Source: an uncultured Myxococcales bacterium | GTDB taxonomy: Bacteria > Myxococcota_A > Polyangia > Fen-1088 | Length of the DNA: 62,129 nucleotides | Reading direction: 5' to 3' | Assembly (NCBI GenBank): GCA_964535465.1 | Contig: CAZHUY010000001.1 | Span: 1 to 62,129 of the forward strand | Part shown: piece after piece, positions 60,411 to 62,129 of the stretch | Layout of the letters: each line of letters opens with the position of its first letter | How positions within the stretch are numbered: position 1 is the stretch's first letter | Translations under genes and position numbers: made by a program | Notes under the pieces: generated by a model | Told to the model about the DNA's origin: nothing | Database searches by the model: none | The model's input: the letters and a program-made list of their open reading frames with translations, nothing else

Positions 60411-61607
60411 ATGAACGAGCGCGCGGATCCTCCACCACGCCCCTCCACGGGCCACCCGTTCCACGTGCGCAGCCTCGACGGCGTGCGTGGGCTGGCCATC
60501 CTGATGGTCATCGCGTACCACGCCGTGAGCACCACCCGCTATCCCGATGCCACCCTGGGCTGGGCGCGGTTCCTGCTCCTGTCCGGCTGGGCCGGGGTGG
60601 ATCTCTTCTTCGCCCTGAGTGGCTTTCTCATCACCTCTTTGCTCTTGCGCGAGGAAGGGCGCGAGCGTCTGGCCGGTCGACCCGCGCGCTTTTCCATGCC
60701 CCGCTTCTACCTGCGCCGCATCTTCCGCATCTTGCCCGCCTTCTACGTGGTGCTGGCCCTCAACGCGCTGGTGTTGTCGCGCTTCGCGCCCTCGGCGGAT
60801 CTGCGCGCCATCGAACACTCGCGCTTCGGCTTGTGGCCGTACGGAACTTTCTGGGCCAACTACCTCTTGGCCTACGGTTCGCGATGGTGGGGCCATGCCT
60901 TCGTCCCGGGCGGCGATGCCTACGCGGTCACCTGGTCGTTGTGCGTGGAAGAGCACTTCTACCTGCTGTGGCCCTTGTTTCTCTTCCTGTGCAAAGGCCT
61001 GCGCGGGCGCGTGGCCGTTTCCCTGGCGGTATGCTTGCTTCTGCCCATTGCTCGCCACCTGGCCATCGCGTTCGCCTGGGACCGTCCCCTCGCGGTGCAC
61101 TTCGCCTCGCACTACCGACTGGACAGCATCCTGTGGGGCGGGCTGGCCGCCCTGATGGCCTCCCGCCTCACCTGGAAGGATAGGACGCGACGCCTGGCCC
61201 TGGGCGTCGGCCTGACCATCATCGTGACGCTGGTGGTGACCGACACCATGTCGGTGCGGCCCATCGGCACGTCCCTGGGCTTCTCGCTGGGATTCTCCTC
61301 GCTGGCCATCACCGGCTCCCTCCTGCTTCTCGAGCTTACGCGCAAGCCGGGGACCTGGTTGGCGCGCATGTTCGAGTTGCGTCCCTTGATGTCCGTGGGC
61401 CGGGTCTCGTATGGCATGTATCTCCTGCACCTGCCGGTGATGGACCTGGCCATGCGCATTCTGTTCGCGGTGCCGCGCAAGCCAACCCTACCCAACCTGG
61501 CCCTGGCCATCGTGTTCTTCTGGGCGGCGACCTTCATGGCGGCGCTGCTGCTCTACCACCTGGTGGAGAAGCGCTTTCTTGCGCTCAAGGATCGCTGGTT
61601 CCGCTGA
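60411..61607 (+). CDS. Acyltransferase family 3 (OafA/YrhL-like) membrane protein
   Basis: 398-aa ORF with LDGVRGLAILMVIAYHA near the N-terminus and about 10 TM helices. W-S-L-x-V-E-E-x-F-Y is present (WSLCVEEHFYLLWP). Confidence 0.85.
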   Translation: MNERADPPPRPSTGHPFHVRSLDGVRGLAILMVIAYHAVSTTRYPDATLGWARFLLLSGWAGVDLFFALSGFLITSLLLREEGRERLAGRPARFSMPRFYLRRIFRILPAFYVVLALNALVLSRFAPSADLRAIEHSRFGLWPYGTFWANYLLAYGSRWWGHAFVPGGDAYAVTWSLCVEEHFYLLWPLFLFLCKGLRGRVAVSLAVCLLLPIARHLAIAFAWDRPLAVHFASHYRLDSILWGGLAALMASRLTWKDRTRRLALGVGLTIIVTLVVTDTMSVRPIGTSLGFSLGFSSLAITGSLLLLELTRKPGTWLARMFELRPLMSVGRVSYGMYLLHLPVMDLAMRILFAVPRKPTLPNLALAIVFFWAATFMAALLLYHLVEKRFLALKDRWFR

Positions 61608-61651
61608 AACGCCAAGGTGCCCGCCGCCGTCGGGACTGCTATAAACGCGGC

Positions 61652-62128
61652 ATGGAAACTCTGCGGGTCGAAGCGCTGGTCATCGGGTCCGGTCCGGGCG
61701 GCTACGTGGCCGGAATCCGACTGGGCCAACTGGGAAAGAAAACCCTGGTCGTGGAACGCGATCGGGCCGGCGGGGTGTGCCTCAACGTGGGCTGCATCCC
61801 CTCCAAGGCCCTCATCAACGCTGCCAAGCTGTACGAAAAGGCGACCCACGGCGCGGCCATGGGCATCATGGTGGACAACCCACGCATCGATGTGCCCAAG
61901 CTGATGGCGTTCAAGGACGGCGTGGTCAGCAAGCTGACCAACGGCGTGCGCCAGCTGCTCAAGGTCAACGGCTGCGACTGGCGGAGTGGCCAGGCCAAGC
62001 TGGTGGGACACGGCAAGGTCGAGGTGACGGGCCTGGGCCCCGACGGGGGCAAAACCACCATGGTCGAGGCCGACCACGTCGTCATCGCTACGGGCAGCCG
62101 CCCCATCGCCATTCCGGGTTTCGCCTTC
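61652..62128 (+). CDS. lpdA: Dihydrolipoyl dehydrogenase E3, N-terminal 159 codons (runs off right edge)
   Basis: ATG at 61652 with the frame open to the window end, so it is not in the ORF track. VIGSGPGGYVAGIRLGQLG (FAD motif) and GGVCLNVGCIPSKAL (redox disulfide). Confidence 0.9.
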   Translation, partial: METLRVEALVIGSGPGGYVAGIRLGQLGKKTLVVERDRAGGVCLNVGCIPSKALINAAKLYEKATHGAAMGIMVDNPRIDVPKLMAFKDGVVSKLTNGVRQLLKVNGCDWRSGQAKLVGHGKVEVTGLGPDGGKTTMVEADHVVIATGSRPIAIPGFAF

Positions 62129-62129
62129 G

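Noticed and set aside
59397-61430. 677-aa minus-strand ORF
   Set aside because: It lies antisense to the E1alpha-like and acyltransferase-3 genes, which have clear family motifs. Its composition is typical of a shadow ORF.
1-62129. Scan for tRNA, rRNA, tmRNA, integrase or transposase genes and att-like sites around the 47.9-50.9 kb islet
   Set aside because: No T-loop-like GGTTCGA(A/G)TCC motifs in a tRNA context, no rRNA-like segments and no recombinase motifs were recognised by eye. This cannot be excluded without tRNAscan-SE, Infernal or HMM searches.

Overview
62-kb, high-GC (by eye ~68-70%) chromosomal segment. The gene content points to a Myxococcota genome (inference): many Ser/Thr kinases, FHA and PEGA domains, Kelch/Ig lipoproteins with Gly/Ser-rich linkers, a MYXO-CTERM-like tail and a T3SS-like SpoA protein. 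About 58 CDS are supportable. Most long antisense or alternate-frame ORFs in the track are GC-driven shadows.

Backbone, left to right:
- An edge-truncated LanB-type dehydratase gene that is not in the ORF track, co-transcribed with a DTW-domain fusion protein.
- rsmB.
- A complete soluble NAD-linked [NiFe]-hydrogenase operon hoxFUYHW, followed 3 nt later by a receiver-only response regulator.
- cutA, an overlapping SDR/steroid-5-alpha-reductase pair, GT2 plus a small membrane partner, and a Zn-ADH.
- A dual-kinase-domain STK converging on a PEGA pseudokinase that is coupled to trmL.
- An MFS transporter and a discoidin-domain membrane protein.
- tldD/pmbA translationally coupled to two small DNA-binding proteins.
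- mepA, dksA, an RHH protein and a degenerate GlgA-like protein.
- An orphan SctQ/FliN-like protein beside a ZAS zinc-finger protein and two zinc-ribbon/double-FHA paralogues.
- mfd, two parvulin PPIases, a histidine phosphatase and a spermidine-synthase-like protein.
- A three-gene surface-protein operon, then ldh.
- A lower-GC eroded islet holding three copies of a ~210-bp structured repeat, an orphan lipoprotein and a Shedu-type (DUF4263-like) nuclease remnant.
- Secreted esterases, a second Kelch-Ig lipoprotein and a HIT protein.
- A 2-oxoacid dehydrogenase cluster in unusual order (E1beta-E2-E1alpha-acyltransferase-lpdA), truncated at the right edge.

No rRNA, tRNA or CRISPR array was recognised by eye.

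The most unusual items are the LanB + DTW/pseudo-exonuclease pairing at the left edge, the SpoA/ZAS/double-FHA neighbourhood in the middle, and the structured repeat family with the defence-gene remnant at 47.9-50.9 kb. All domain calls are by-eye motif recognition and no searches were run.
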